The position numbers and the translations under genes are program-made. A stretch of DNA of 64,000 bases from Selaginella moellendorffii. Its lineage: Eukaryota; Plantae; Lycopodiophyta. Position 1 is the first letter of the stretch, and each line of letters begins with the position of its first letter. Shown piece after piece: positions 35,297 to 46,865 of this stretch. Under the pieces are notes generated by a model. The model saw nothing but the letters and a program-made list of their open reading frames with translations, was not told the DNA's origin and searched no databases. The stretch is taken from positions 890,463 through 954,462 of the forward strand of contig NW_003314266.1 of the NCBI RefSeq assembly GCF_000143415.4, read 5' to 3'.

Positions 35297-37889
35297 CTAT
35301 GGTCGAAACGAGTAAACATCGATCCTGGTATCGTCTCCAGCGGCGTAAAGAACGTTCTTCGCGGTGGACCATTTGAGATCATGGTACATTCCAACATGGC
35401 GGCCATCCGGGAAGAGCTGCGCGAGTCGGGCGGAGGGCCGAGGCATGAAGAAGTCCGCAAAGTAAAGCCCACGAAGAGTGCTTATCGCGGCGGTCCCCGT
35501 GCCTGGCTTTAGAGCTAGCTTGAGGATGCCACTGTCGTCGATTTGCATGGACGAGACGGGAACGCTCGAAGCCTGGAAAAACCAAACGTATGAGCTATGC
35601 CGAAAACGAGGAACTAGCAGCAACGCTTACCTGGTTCGACAGCGTCCGGTAGTCCCAGCGGTGGATAAACTTGTCCATGCTCGCAGACACGATCATGTTT
35701 GCGTCGGTTGCATCCAGGCACGTAATCATCGCGTCGTGGGCTTGCAACCGGCCTGTGCTTCGCAGAGCTCCAAACATACCTGTGAAAGGCTCGTCAAAGA
35801 AGCACGCTTGAGACGAGAGAAAAGAATGTCTCGTACCTGTACAGCGATCGGCACGACGGTCCCAGACGCGGATTGTGCAGTCTCTCGAGGCCGACATGAA
35901 GATGTTTGGGTTTGGAGGGAATAGAGATAAACAAGTTATCAGGTCCTGATAAAAAAGAAACACAACTTAGAAACCGTAAGTACGAGTTGAGATCTACCTC
36001 ATGCTCCACGTACTGCCTTAGAGGCTTCAAATTCGTGAAGGAAGTTGAGGACTGAAGATCGTAGTAGCAGACCTTTTGCTCACAAACATCACTTGGTCCT
36101 GATTTTGTGGTTTCTCCCGTAATAAAAGACGGCTCCAGGGCTCCTAATGCCTGTTGGAACAAGTCAGCAGATTTATAAGAGAATGAAATACCAAAGTACC
36201 TTAATGCACGCTATCAAAGTTGTCGTTTCTCTTGGAAGACATCCTTTCTCTTTCCAGCCTAGACCCCCTACTCCTCCGGCTCCATAGCGAAAAATGCACG
36301 GAGGAGGTAATCTTCGATTTGGAAGTGCACCCTCTCTTGCAACACCACAAACAAGGAGCGATTGGGAGGATACTTGAACGTCCATGGAGCACGCATAGTG
36401 GTGCGGCATTTCTATATGATTCAAAAGCTGCAGTGACAAACAGCGTAAGTTTATACGATCAGAAACAAGAGCAAAAGGTGAGTTTACTTGTCCGTCACAA
36501 GACCAAACAATGAGGGACCCGTCTTTGGCACCAGTCAGTAGCTGGTCTCGCCTGCTGTCTAGTGATGTACACACTTAGTAATTGCACAAAGATGATGACC
36601 TTACCATAAGCCATGGTGAAAACAGTGTTTTTGTGTCCATGAAAGGAGTCCACAGCATGAAGCCCTGAAACTATATTCAAGAGATTATAACAAGAACTTT
36701 TAAGTGCTCTTACCTGACTGTGTCACTGGAGTTTCATGGACCGGCCTCGGCGAAGTCACAACCGAGGTAGGACTGAGATTCCATCCCATGCTTTCCTCAA
36801 TGTAATTTATGTCGTATCTGTCACAGAAAACGTTGCTAAAGTCAGAAAAGCTTTTACGTTCCCTCCATGCCTTACACAAAATGCCCCTCGGTGACGTTGT
36901 GAACAGCAGCCCGCAAGTCCGAGAGTGTCGTAAGATCACACTTCTCATTCAGCTAGAACGAAAGGGAAGAAATGTTAAAACCTGGATTTCTCATATGTTA
37001 ATTCTACCTGTTGTAGGCAAAGCTCCACAGTCTTCCCCAACATTGTTACCGCTGCACATCGGGTCTCTTGCTTGCGAAGAAGTTGAACGATGGATTGAAC
37101 GGCTCCTGGAAACCAAGAAAGCATACAGAGTTAGCCACATGCAGTTGGATGCTAGCTCGGTCAGAAGTACCAACGAGAGGGACAAACTCCATTTGAACTA
37201 TAGAAGCAAATGCTTCAGCGTAGGAGAAGAACTCCATTCGACTCGCATCGATGGATCGCTTCAAGGTGAGGTGCTTCAAAACCTTGAGTGAAAAGAGATT
37301 AAGCCCCGCCAGCCAAAAAATCTAGCAGAAATATACCTTTGGGATGAATGTCTCTTTCATCCTCACTATCAAACGCTCTGGTAGCCTGGAGAAAAAAAGC
37401 CCGAGAGAACAGTAAGAAAAAGAGAAACAAGTTGAGACACCGAAGAACCTTGGAAACAGTAGCATGTATGGCACCACGGATTCTTGGCGCATCACCATTT
37501 CCCGGCTAAAGACTACATCTTCAAAGGCTCCAATCAATTCGTCAAAGACCTGTGAAGAAAAGTGAGTTTTCTTCTCTCTTTCGTATCATCTTCTCGAAAA
37601 GGAAGAAAAGCTTACCAGTTCTGATGATTCTAGCTCCGTGAGCACAAGCGTGATCTCAGAAGCGACGCGATCCAGCTCGCTGGAATCTTTGAGCCGTAAT
37701 ATCAGCGGCGTGAAGAGCTTCTTGAGATCCCGGGTCTTGACGTGATCGGTGAGGAGCCTGGCCATGAGAAAAATCCATTGTAGGATCGCTTGGAGCGCGA
37801 GAAAAGAGCGCCTACCTGAGCGTCTTGAAGAGCTCCGTCGCGAGGGGGATCTCATCGGGGCCGACCTCCACCTCGATGAAGAGCTTCAT
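35297..37889 (-). CDS. WD40-repeat protein with an N-terminal helical (possibly MIF4G-like) domain, multi-exon
   Basis: Starts MKLFIEVEVGPDEIPLATELFKTLR. WD repeats include FHGHKNTVFTM..LLTGAKDGSLIVWS, FMSASRDCTIRVWD and IVSASMDKFIHRWD. Confidence 0.85.
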
Positions 37890-37957
37890 GCTCTTCGCAA
37901 GAAAGTGAGGAGCCCAAAGCCCTAAATAAAATAATGTGAGGATTTAGGGTTTATGCA

Positions 37958-39595
37958 ATGCGCGGGCTATGGGCGGGCGGAGGCGCCGCGATCGCCAATG
38001 CGCGCGCCAGGTATCTCTCCAATATCGCAATGTCGCATCGCCCGCTCCCCCCGGCAGAGATTGAGCGCCTGGCCGAGATAATCCTGCGACAGGTGATGGA
38101 TTCCAAGCGAGCCGGGGAAGGAATCGAGAAATCCCTGGGTCTGTATGGCGATATTCTAGTCCCTGACCTCGTCGGCAAGGTGATCCACCGGATTCCGGAT
38201 CCAAACACCGCCTGGGAGGTGTTCCAGTGGGCCGGGAAGCAATCCAAGTTCACGCACAACAGGTTTACTTGCAACAATCTCCTCAGCGTCTACGTGAAGG
38301 CCCGGCGCGTCGAGGACGCGCATCTCTTCTTCCAGAGCCACATGAAGAACGTCTTCGAGCCGGACGAGGTGTCTTACAACACGCTCATGAATGGTTTCTT
38401 CAAGGCTGGCGACGTGAAGAAGGCGCTGGCGCTGTTTGGAGAGATGAAGGACTCCGGCATTGCGGTCCTGAGGTCTCACAACATTGTTCTTCGAGGGCTG
38501 TGCTCCGGGGGAAAGATCTCCATGGCCTGGGAGGTTTTCAAGGACATGAGTGGGATTTTCTCGCCGAACCTCATCTCGTACACCATCATGATCGATGGCC
38601 TTTGCAAGAGCCGCAAGGTGGACAAGGCCATCACGCTCTTCAAGCAGATGGTGGACAAGGCTATCTACCCGGACGTGGTCACGTATGGTGCTCTGATCGA
38701 TGGGCTTGGCAAGCAGCGCCGGGTGAAGGAAGCTTATGACTTGTTCGAGGAGGCCAGGGCGAAAGGATGCCACCCGACTGTGGTGACTTACAACACCATG
38801 ATCGACGGGCTTTGCAAGTGTGGAAGGATTGAGAACGCTTTGACGCTCTACGACGACATGGTGAGAGAGCCACACTTGAAGCCGGACATGTTCACGTACA
38901 GCGCTCTCATAAACGGTCTCAACTTATCCAACAGAGGGGAGAAGGCTTACGAGCTGTATGAAGAAATGCTGGACACCGGCTGCTCGCCCGACGTTGTAAC
39001 TTACAACACTCTCCTGGACGGGCTCTGCAAGTCGGGTTGCGAGGACAAGGCGATGGAGATTTTCAGGAAGATGGGAGTTGGGAACGTTTGCGATCCCAAC
39101 GTGATCACCTACACAGTTCTCATCGACAGGTTTTGCAAAGTGGATCGGCTGGGAGATGCTGTGAAGCTGGCGAAAGAGATGGAGGGCAGGTCTCTCCTCC
39201 CGGACGCCGTCACGTTCACGACGGTGATCCAGAAGCTGTGCAAGGAGTCGAGAATCGACGAGGCTCACGAGCTGTTTGAGAGCATCGGAAAGACTTGCAA
39301 GCCGGACTCGGTGCTCTTCAACACGATGCTTGCTGGCTACTGCAAGATAACGAGGATCGACGACGCAAAGAAGCTGCACGACCGAATGCTTGACAGTGGC
39401 TGTGCTCCGACGCTCGCAACTTACACAGCTCTCGTCACTGGGTTCTGCCGCACTGGGAGATACAGCGATGCCTTGATCATGTATCACGAGATGATCGAGA
39501 TGGGATTTCCACCGGAGAGACATCTAGCTGAGCTGGTCGATCGGACTAGGACGGATCATCCCCCTCCTCGTCGTCCATACTTCGTGACAACTTGA
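37958..39595 (+). CDS. P-class pentatricopeptide repeat protein
   Basis: Tandem 35-aa repeats (PDVVTYNTLLDGLCK type), intronless, no E/DYW tail. Confidence 0.97.
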   Translation: MRGLWAGGGAAIANARARYLSNIAMSHRPLPPAEIERLAEIILRQVMDSKRAGEGIEKSLGLYGDILVPDLVGKVIHRIPDPNTAWEVFQWAGKQSKFTHNRFTCNNLLSVYVKARRVEDAHLFFQSHMKNVFEPDEVSYNTLMNGFFKAGDVKKALALFGEMKDSGIAVLRSHNIVLRGLCSGGKISMAWEVFKDMSGIFSPNLISYTIMIDGLCKSRKVDKAITLFKQMVDKAIYPDVVTYGALIDGLGKQRRVKEAYDLFEEARAKGCHPTVVTYNTMIDGLCKCGRIENALTLYDDMVREPHLKPDMFTYSALINGLNLSNRGEKAYELYEEMLDTGCSPDVVTYNTLLDGLCKSGCEDKAMEIFRKMGVGNVCDPNVITYTVLIDRFCKVDRLGDAVKLAKEMEGRSLLPDAVTFTTVIQKLCKESRIDEAHELFESIGKTCKPDSVLFNTMLAGYCKITRIDDAKKLHDRMLDSGCAPTLATYTALVTGFCRTGRYSDALIMYHEMIEMGFPPERHLAELVDRTRTDHPPPRRPYFVTT

Positions 39596-39627
39596 AAAGG
39601 GCGAGCTCACGCTTAAGGGTATGAACG

Positions 39628-40000
39628 ATGCTTCCGGAGGTGGTGGTTGTTCTCGAGATCCTGGCCAGACTACCGCTGGAAGAAGTGCTGCGGCTGAGGT
39701 CCGTGTGTAGATCCTGGAAGGCTGCCACAAGCGGCCAGCTCTTCATCTCCAGGCATGAAAAGTTCCAGAGGAAGTCGCCATCGTTTTTCGTCTGCGGCTC
39801 CGAAGAGGGTACGTTTGTTTTGGATCCGCGCAAGCATGGAACAGACAGGAAGCTCTTGACTGCCCAGCAAATCCCGAGGGAGTTCTTGTTGGAGCCAGCG
39901 GTGGCGTGCTTTGCTACGCTACAACCACGGTCCATTACCGTCGACCTGGTGGTGTGGGATCCTCGCGAAACAGTGCCACCAAACCTTCTACCCCAGGCTG
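39628..40000 (+). pseudogene. Truncated F-box gene
   Basis: LPEVVVVLEILARLPLEEVLRLRSVCRSWK is an F-box motif; the ORF then runs into unrelated sequence and a PPR relic. Confidence 0.7.
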
Positions 40001-40157
40001 GAGTTTGTCACCATGGTTTTGCGCTTCTAGTTGTTTGGAAACTAAGAGCCGATCCGGGGTTCGAACCCATGAAGAGGGACCCTATTTTTTTTTCGCTGAG
40101 ATTCGACCGTGTCACGTCTTCGTACTTGGAAAAAAATTCTATGATTCAAATAGCATT

Positions 40158-40380
40158 TTTAGGGTTTATGGGATCGGGCAGAGGATCGCCAATGCGCCAG
40201 GTATCTCTCCATCGGCTGCTAGAGCCAGGCCGAGATACTCGCCATTGAGAAATCTCTGTTTCTACAAGGCGAAATTCTTGTCCTCGGGAGCCTGGGAAAA
40301 TCGAACAGGTTTTCACTTGCAACGATCTCCATCGACGTTAGCATCCAGGATGCCCATTTCCTCTTCCGGAGCCATATGAG
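40158..40380 (+). pseudogene. Collapsed relic of the 5' end of the PPR gene at 37958
   Basis: Shares tttagggtttatg, gatcgccaatgcg..ccaggtatctctcca, ggccgagata, gagaaatc, aacaggttt..acttgcaac and gagcca(c/t)atga blocks, in order, with 37942-38346. Confidence 0.75.
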
Positions 40381-40448
40381 GGACGTCCACGGACGCATTC
40401 CTCGTCGTCGTCGGAGCTTCGTTACTGCTTTAACAGGCCCAAGATGCA

Positions 40449-42719
40449 GTGGAATATGCGAATGCGCGAGTCCATAGCTCGTGGTGGCTATGGCGGATGG
40501 TTGTGGTATGGCGACAGTTGGTTCGACTGTTTTCTTCTCCCGCTCGGAGCTTGGAGCGACGTTTGGTCGCGGCACTACAGGAAGGGAAGCTGCTGGACGA
40601 GGCCCTGGGGAGAAAGGGAGGATTGGATGGCTCTCTGGTGGCCTCGGTGATGAGAAGTGTTGATCCAGACTCCGCGAAGCATTTCTTCCACTGGGCGAAG
40701 CAGCAAGTGGGCTTTTCACACACTTTGGATACGTGCAATGCGCTGCTGGAAGCTACTGTTCGAGCAGGGAGGATCGGAGAGGCAACAGAACTGCTAGAGG
40801 CAGAGTTCAAGGCAGTGCTCAAGAATGTTGTCACTTACAACATCTTGATCCGCGGCTTGTGCTCTGGTGGCGATGCTGCTGGGGCCTTGGAGCTGTTCCA
40901 CCGGATGAGGAACTCGGGTGTTCGTGAGAACTCACAGACGTATCTGAGCTTGCTCCAGGGGCTGTGCTCGGCAGGAATGCTCTCGGCGGCATGGAAGTGC
41001 TATAGAGATATGTGGGACTTCTCTACGCACTTGGACGTCGTGGTGGTCACGACGTTTCTACACTGCTTGTGTAGAGCAGGATCCGTGGACTCCGGGCTGG
41101 AAGTTGTGAAGCAGCTAGAGGCAGAGACGAAATGCATGCCGACTATGGTGACTTACAATGTTCTTATCAACGGGCTGTGCAAGACCGGGAGAGTTTGTGA
41201 TGCCTTCACTGCCTTTAGAAAGGCGATCCACTTCGGGTTTCGGCCAACAGTCGTCACGTACAGCACTCTCATCGACGGGCTCTGTAGAGACCACGAGGTT
41301 GACAAAGGTTGCAAACTCCTGGAAGAGATGGCAGGACGAGGCTGTGCTCCCAATGCGGTCACCTACAATACTTTGGTGAATGCTCTCCTCGGCCAGGGTC
41401 GTTCAAAGGAAGCGTTCTCTCTTCTCGAACAGATGGCAGCAAACGGATGTCCTCCGGAGCTGATTACTTTCGGCTTGATCATCAAAGGCCTCTGCAAAGA
41501 AGGAGAGATCGAAGCAGCTTTTAGAGTGGTGGATGAGATGGTGGACAGAGGCTTCGTTCCAGACGTGGAGATTCACACGGTTTTGCTGCATGCTCTGTGC
41601 GAGCTAGGCCGAGTGGATGAGGCGTGGTTCTTCTTCCAACAGGTACTGCTGATCGGTTTCACTCCGGACGCGGTCACTTACAACACAATGGTCGATGGAC
41701 TCTACAAAGCAGGGAGGCTAGAGGCAGCTGGAATGGTATTGCAGCTTCTGGCCGAGAGCCTCTCGTCTCCGACTGTTTTCACGTTCACCATCGCGGTGGA
41801 CGGTCTGTCCAAGGCAGGAAACTTGACCGGGGCTTCTGAAGTCTTCGACTCGATGCCACAAACGGGAGTTTCTCCAAATACTGTGACTTATGACGCTCTC
41901 ATCGACGGCCTTTGCAAAGCAGGAAAGCTCGATATAGCGCTTGGCCTCTTAAGAGACAAAAGCTCGCAGGCAGGCATGTTTGCGTTTAGCTCTCTTCTTC
42001 ACGGGCTATGCCAGGCTCACAGGCTCGAGGAAGCGATCCAGCTGCTCAAAGCCATGCCTTGCGTGCCGAACGTGGTCTGCTTCAACTCGCTGATGAACGG
42101 GCTGTGCCAGGCTCGCAGAGTTGACGAGGCATTCGAGCTTTTTGACGTGATGAAGGAGTCCGGGTGCTCGGCCGACGTGATCACTTACAACATCTTGCTG
42201 AAGGGACTGTGCAAGCTGCGGAGGATTCCAGAAGCTTACAAGCATGTCGAGCTCATGCGGCGGACGGAAGGCTGCTCTCCCAACGTGGTCACTTTCAGCA
42301 CTCTCATCCAGGGACTTTGCCACGCTGGGCGAGTGAACCAGGCCTGGGAAGTCTACGAGAGGATGGTGGCGGTGGAGGGGATCTCTCCTAACAGGTTCAC
42401 GTACGCGTTCCTGCTGGAAGGACTCTGCAAAGCCGGTGACAGCCGTAGACTCGAGCAGTGTTTCGAGCAAATGCTCGAAAGAGAGTGGAGGAGCTCATCC
42501 TCATGGCCGATTCATTCGCCCGAAGTGGACTTCCTCGTCTCCGGGTTTGCGAGAAACGGGCGAGCTGTCCTGGCTTACGGGATGGCGAAGCTGATGATGG
42601 CAAGAGGATTCGTCCCGGGTGCTGCTACGTGCCGTGCGGTGCTTGACGGGCTCTGGAAAGCAGGAGCCGCCAGAGAACACCGGGAATTCGCCTCGCACCT
42701 CTTGAGCTCACAGGTTTGA
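40449..42719 (+). CDS. P-class pentatricopeptide repeat protein
   Basis: Long tandem PPR array with an N-terminal FFHWAKQQVGFSH motif. Confidence 0.97.
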   Translation: MEYANARVHSSWWLWRMVVVWRQLVRLFSSPARSLERRLVAALQEGKLLDEALGRKGGLDGSLVASVMRSVDPDSAKHFFHWAKQQVGFSHTLDTCNALLEATVRAGRIGEATELLEAEFKAVLKNVVTYNILIRGLCSGGDAAGALELFHRMRNSGVRENSQTYLSLLQGLCSAGMLSAAWKCYRDMWDFSTHLDVVVVTTFLHCLCRAGSVDSGLEVVKQLEAETKCMPTMVTYNVLINGLCKTGRVCDAFTAFRKAIHFGFRPTVVTYSTLIDGLCRDHEVDKGCKLLEEMAGRGCAPNAVTYNTLVNALLGQGRSKEAFSLLEQMAANGCPPELITFGLIIKGLCKEGEIEAAFRVVDEMVDRGFVPDVEIHTVLLHALCELGRVDEAWFFFQQVLLIGFTPDAVTYNTMVDGLYKAGRLEAAGMVLQLLAESLSSPTVFTFTIAVDGLSKAGNLTGASEVFDSMPQTGVSPNTVTYDALIDGLCKAGKLDIALGLLRDKSSQAGMFAFSSLLHGLCQAHRLEEAIQLLKAMPCVPNVVCFNSLMNGLCQARRVDEAFELFDVMKESGCSADVITYNILLKGLCKLRRIPEAYKHVELMRRTEGCSPNVVTFSTLIQGLCHAGRVNQAWEVYERMVAVEGISPNRFTYAFLLEGLCKAGDSRRLEQCFEQMLEREWRSSSSWPIHSPEVDFLVSGFARNGRAVLAYGMAKLMMARGFVPGAATCRAVLDGLWKAGAAREHREFASHLLSSQV

Positions 42720-42888
42720 TCATTCTCGCATCGAAAGATACTGATTAGAGTGCTTTTGCAGTGAAAAAATCTCTTTTTTTCCGCTCATTTTTCTCGAAGC
42801 ACAAGTAAGAACACTTCCATGGTTTATTTTTCTTTGTTCTTGATGTATGTTTCTCAGGGTTTAGGGTCTAAGGCGCGTGGCATGGACA

Positions 42889-44739
42889 ATGATCTTCTCC
42901 CGCCTGCATTTTGCTGTCTCTAAATGGAGATGGTTCTCTAAGCTGCGACCCCATTTCCAGCGACCAAGGAGTAGTAGACTTCCTTTCGCGATCGTAGCGG
43001 TGAGAGAATCACACACACAGCCCTTGAGTGGCCTTTGCAGCAGCAGTACCAGCAACAGTAGCAGCAAGCCGAAGAAGGAGACACTGTTCGCGATCTCCAT
43101 CGCTGAGACAGTTTCCAGGTCGGGCACTTCGATGGAGAGCATAGAGGCGGCGCTGAGATGGTTCCAAGGTACTCCCAGCAACAGCTTGGTGGGAGTGGTG
43201 CTCAAGAACATCCAGGAGCCGGACAGTGCGTGGTTCTTCTTCCAGTGGGCGAGGAGGAAGGCCGGTTTCAGGCACAACACTTACACCTGGAACGTCCTGC
43301 TGAGCGTGTTCGTGAGGGAAAAGAGGCACGCCGAGGCGAGACAGATGATGGACGAGCAGATGCTCCACGACTGCTTTCCGGACGTGGTGACTTTCACCAC
43401 GCTCATGACGGGTTACTCGAGAGCCGGGGAGATGCGAGCTTGTGTGGAACTTATGGAGGAGTATTGGGCCAGGAACACGGACAAGCCCCCGACTGCTCAG
43501 ATGTACAACGTCCTGCTCAATGGTTTCTTCAACGCGGGGATGTTTGGAGAGGCTCTGGTCCAGTTCGAGAAGATGGTGCAAGTGTGCCGGCCGACGCTGG
43601 TGACTTACAACACGCTGGTTACGGGGCTGTCCAAGTCGGGCATGGTGAGAGACGCGCTCGGGATGCTCGAGTTCATGATCGAGTCGGGGCTTTCACCGGA
43701 CGTGATCACTTTCAACTCGGTGCTCGACGGGCTGTGCAAGGAGCAGCGGATACTCGACGCGCACAACGTTTTCAAGCGGGCTCTGGAGAGGGGGTGCCGG
43801 CCGAACGTTGTCACTTACAGCACCTTGATCGACGGGCTGTCGAAGATGGCGAAGATGGACGAGGCGTTGCAGCTCCTGGCGAAGATGGTGGAGCTGGGCT
43901 GCCGCGCAAACACGGTGACTTACTCCACGGTCGTGGACGGGCTGCTCAAAGTCGGGAGAATGGAGGACGCGGTCGTGGTTCTCAGGCAGATGAGGGACGC
44001 CGGGTGCTTGCCGGACGCGGTGACTTACAACACTCTCATCGATGGATTCTTCAAGCGGCAGAGGCTGCGGGAGGCCGTCGGTTTACTCCGCGAGATGCTC
44101 GAGGCCGGGTTCCATCCCAGCGTTGTGACTTACACCACGCTGTGCCACGGGCTTTGCCGGAGCGGCCGCTTCGACGAGGCTGTGGAGATCCTCGACTACA
44201 TGGCTGCTCGAGGCTGCGCTCCCAACGCCATCACTTACAGCTCCATCGTCGACGGACTGTGCAAGGCCGGGAGAGTGACCGAGGCGCTGGGATACTTCGA
44301 AAAGATGGCGCGGGACGAGGTGGTGGCTCCTCACGTCATAGCTTACTCGGCGCTCATCGACGGGCTCTGCAAAGCTGGCAAGATCGACGAGGCGTACGAG
44401 TTCCTCGAGCGGATGATCCGAGCGGGCCGGATCCCGGACGTGGTGACTTTCAGCATTCTCATCAATGGGCTGTGCGACGCCGGGCGGATCGACACGGGGC
44501 TGGAGCTCTTCCGTGGCATGGCCGAGCGAGGCTGCGTCCCGGACATGGTGACGTACGCTACTCTCGTCGACAGGCTTTGCCGAGCTAGCAGAGTGGACGA
44601 AGCTTTCGATCTCTTCCAGCAAATGAGGAGCGATGGATTGTCGCCGGATAGATCGACTCGGAGAACTATGATCCATGGCCTTCTCGAGGTGAACAGGGAC
44701 GAAGACGCGAAGAGAATCCAAGACGAAGAGAACTCTTGA
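42889..44739 (+). CDS. P-class pentatricopeptide repeat protein
   Basis: Tandem PPR array, FFQWARRKAGFRH motif; first in-frame ATG at 42889. Confidence 0.97.
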   Translation: MIFSRLHFAVSKWRWFSKLRPHFQRPRSSRLPFAIVAVRESHTQPLSGLCSSSTSNSSSKPKKETLFAISIAETVSRSGTSMESIEAALRWFQGTPSNSLVGVVLKNIQEPDSAWFFFQWARRKAGFRHNTYTWNVLLSVFVREKRHAEARQMMDEQMLHDCFPDVVTFTTLMTGYSRAGEMRACVELMEEYWARNTDKPPTAQMYNVLLNGFFNAGMFGEALVQFEKMVQVCRPTLVTYNTLVTGLSKSGMVRDALGMLEFMIESGLSPDVITFNSVLDGLCKEQRILDAHNVFKRALERGCRPNVVTYSTLIDGLSKMAKMDEALQLLAKMVELGCRANTVTYSTVVDGLLKVGRMEDAVVVLRQMRDAGCLPDAVTYNTLIDGFFKRQRLREAVGLLREMLEAGFHPSVVTYTTLCHGLCRSGRFDEAVEILDYMAARGCAPNAITYSSIVDGLCKAGRVTEALGYFEKMARDEVVAPHVIAYSALIDGLCKAGKIDEAYEFLERMIRAGRIPDVVTFSILINGLCDAGRIDTGLELFRGMAERGCVPDMVTYATLVDRLCRASRVDEAFDLFQQMRSDGLSPDRSTRRTMIHGLLEVNRDEDAKRIQDEENS

Positions 44740-44888
44740 TTACGACGAAAACAGTTATAAGTTCGAATCCGGGCATCGACAATGATAAGATCGCGCGTTC
44801 GAATCCGGGCACGTACAAATCATCGTGTCGGAGTTTCGACTCCTGTCCGCGACGGTATGGGTTTTAGGGTTCTTGGTTTTGAGCTCCA

Positions 44889-46865
44889 ATGATCCGGCAA
44901 TGGCGGCAATGCCGCTCGCCATTCCGCGTCTCCTACCCGTATTCCAATCCGGGCCACGTCCAGTCCCTGCTCGGCATCCTCGACAATGCGCCCGGCAGCA
45001 GCGGCGGCAGCGATCTCGCGGCGCTCCTCAACTCGAGGTACGATCCCGGCGTTATCATCACCAAGGACACGCTGCGTGTCGTCCTTCGCGAGGTGAAATC
45101 CGCGGAGCTTGCGAAGCAGCTCTTTGATTGGGCTGCTACCAGGCCGCACTTCAGCCACAACAATCTCACTCGCAATGCGCTGCTCTTCGCGACGATTCGG
45201 GGGGGACAGATCGAGCAGGCCCGCGAGATTTTCAAGGGCATTGTTGAGAAGAAGGCCGATATCTATGCGTACAATGCCATGATCAATGCCTACTGCTTGA
45301 AAGGAGAGTTTTCCGCGGCCTATGCGTTGCTGGAAGAGATGAAAACGCACGGGATTGCCAAGAACACCGTCACACACGGGATAGTGATCAAGGCGCTGTG
45401 TGGCAATGACCGGATAGACGAGGCTGTGAGTTACTTTCACTCCATTCCCGAGGACTGCCGGGACGAGATCTCGTATAACACTTTGATCACTAGCCTGGTG
45501 GCTTCCAGGCGGTCCGAGCAGGCCTTGGAGCTTCTTCGGGCGATGGTAGCCGATGGAGGAAGCCCGGATGCTTGCAACTACATGACCGTGATGGATGGGC
45601 TCTTCAAAGCTGGCTCTCCAGAGGTGGCGGCGAAGTTATTCCAGGAGATGCGCTCCAGGGGCCACTCGCCAGACTTGAGAACGTACACCATCATGATCTC
45701 GGGGCTGTCCAAGGCCAAGCAGCTGCCACTGGCTTGCGACTACTTTGAGGAGATGCTACGCAAGAATCTCAAGCCGGACGCCATCGTATACTCGAGCTTG
45801 ATCGATGCGTTTTGCAAGGCCGACAAGGTGGACGACGCATGGAAGCTTTTGCGTTCTAGTGGGATCGAGCCAACCATAACCATGTACAGCACGATGGTCG
45901 ACTCGCTCTGCAAGAACAGGGGGACGGACAAGGCTCTCGAGGTCATCCGGGAGATGAAGAGCAAGAACTGCGAACCGGGGATCCACATATGGACGTCGCT
46001 GGCGACGGCTTATGTGGCCGAAGGACGGGTGGACGAGGCTCTGAAGCTTGTGAATGACCTCGAGTGTGATCCGGACGTGATCTTCTACAGCAGGCTCATT
46101 GGCGTGCTCTACGACACCGGCAGAAGCGACGAGGCTCTCAACATCTTCAACACCATGGTCGAGAAAGGCCTCGCTCCAGACGGTCAGACTTACTCGACGA
46201 TCGTCCACTGCTTCTGCAAGCAAGGCAACATGCGGGCCGCGTCGAAGTTCGCTGCGCTGATGCACGGGACTGGCGTGAAGATGGAGCCTATCGTCTATGG
46301 CATGCTCATGGACGGCTACTTCCGGGAGTGCAACATGGAAGAGGCTCTCAAAACTTACGAGGTGATGCTCTCCAAAGGCGTGCGTCCCAATCCAGTGATC
46401 TACAACATTCTGGTCGGCGGGCTTTGCAAGATGAGGAGGCTGGAGCATGCCACCGAGGTCTTTCGGGAGATGCAAGAGAAGGATGGCATCGTTCCCTCCG
46501 CCAAGAGTTACAGCATTCTCATCCACGGAGCTGCAAAGGCGAGGGAGGTGGAAAAGGTGCTGGATCTTCTGACGGAGATGATCGACAACGGCGTCATTCC
46601 AAACCACATGACTTACACGAGCGTCATCTCCGCTCTCGGCAAGGCTGGCCGCCTGAGCGAGGCGAAGGATGTGTTCCAGGACATGGTGAAGATGGGCCTG
46701 GTGCAAGATGCTCCTGCGTATGGTGCTCTCATCAACGAGCTTTGCAAGAGGTCGAGCTTGGGCGAGGCATGGGACTTGCTTCAGGACATGATGGACAGTG
46801 GCTGCGCGCCGGACAAGAAGGTCTACAAGTCATTTTACCGGGCAGTGAGCAAGAGGGAGCAGTGA
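44889..46865 (+). CDS. P-class pentatricopeptide repeat protein
   Basis: Tandem PPR array, LFDWAATRPHFSH motif. Confidence 0.96.
   Translation: MIRQWRQCRSPFRVSYPYSNPGHVQSLLGILDNAPGSSGGSDLAALLNSRYDPGVIITKDTLRVVLREVKSAELAKQLFDWAATRPHFSHNNLTRNALLFATIRGGQIEQAREIFKGIVEKKADIYAYNAMINAYCLKGEFSAAYALLEEMKTHGIAKNTVTHGIVIKALCGNDRIDEAVSYFHSIPEDCRDEISYNTLITSLVASRRSEQALELLRAMVADGGSPDACNYMTVMDGLFKAGSPEVAAKLFQEMRSRGHSPDLRTYTIMISGLSKAKQLPLACDYFEEMLRKNLKPDAIVYSSLIDAFCKADKVDDAWKLLRSSGIEPTITMYSTMVDSLCKNRGTDKALEVIREMKSKNCEPGIHIWTSLATAYVAEGRVDEALKLVNDLECDPDVIFYSRLIGVLYDTGRSDEALNIFNTMVEKGLAPDGQTYSTIVHCFCKQGNMRAASKFAALMHGTGVKMEPIVYGMLMDGYFRECNMEEALKTYEVMLSKGVRPNPVIYNILVGGLCKMRRLEHATEVFREMQEKDGIVPSAKSYSILIHGAAKAREVEKVLDLLTEMIDNGVIPNHMTYTSVISALGKAGRLSEAKDVFQDMVKMGLVQDAPAYGALINELCKRSSLGEAWDLLQDMMDSGCAPDKKVYKSFYRAVSKREQ

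Noticed and set aside
40047-40070. GGTTCGAACCC tRNA B-box-like motif
   Set aside because: No cloverleaf or A-box could be built.
44761-44812. gttcgaatccgggca twice in a PPR spacer
   Set aside because: B-box-like, but no tRNA structure; treated as a short local duplication.
43158-46706. Long alternative-frame and antisense ORFs over the PPR genes (476 aa, 316 aa and others)
   Set aside because: Expected by-products of high GC3 codon usage; no domain signal.
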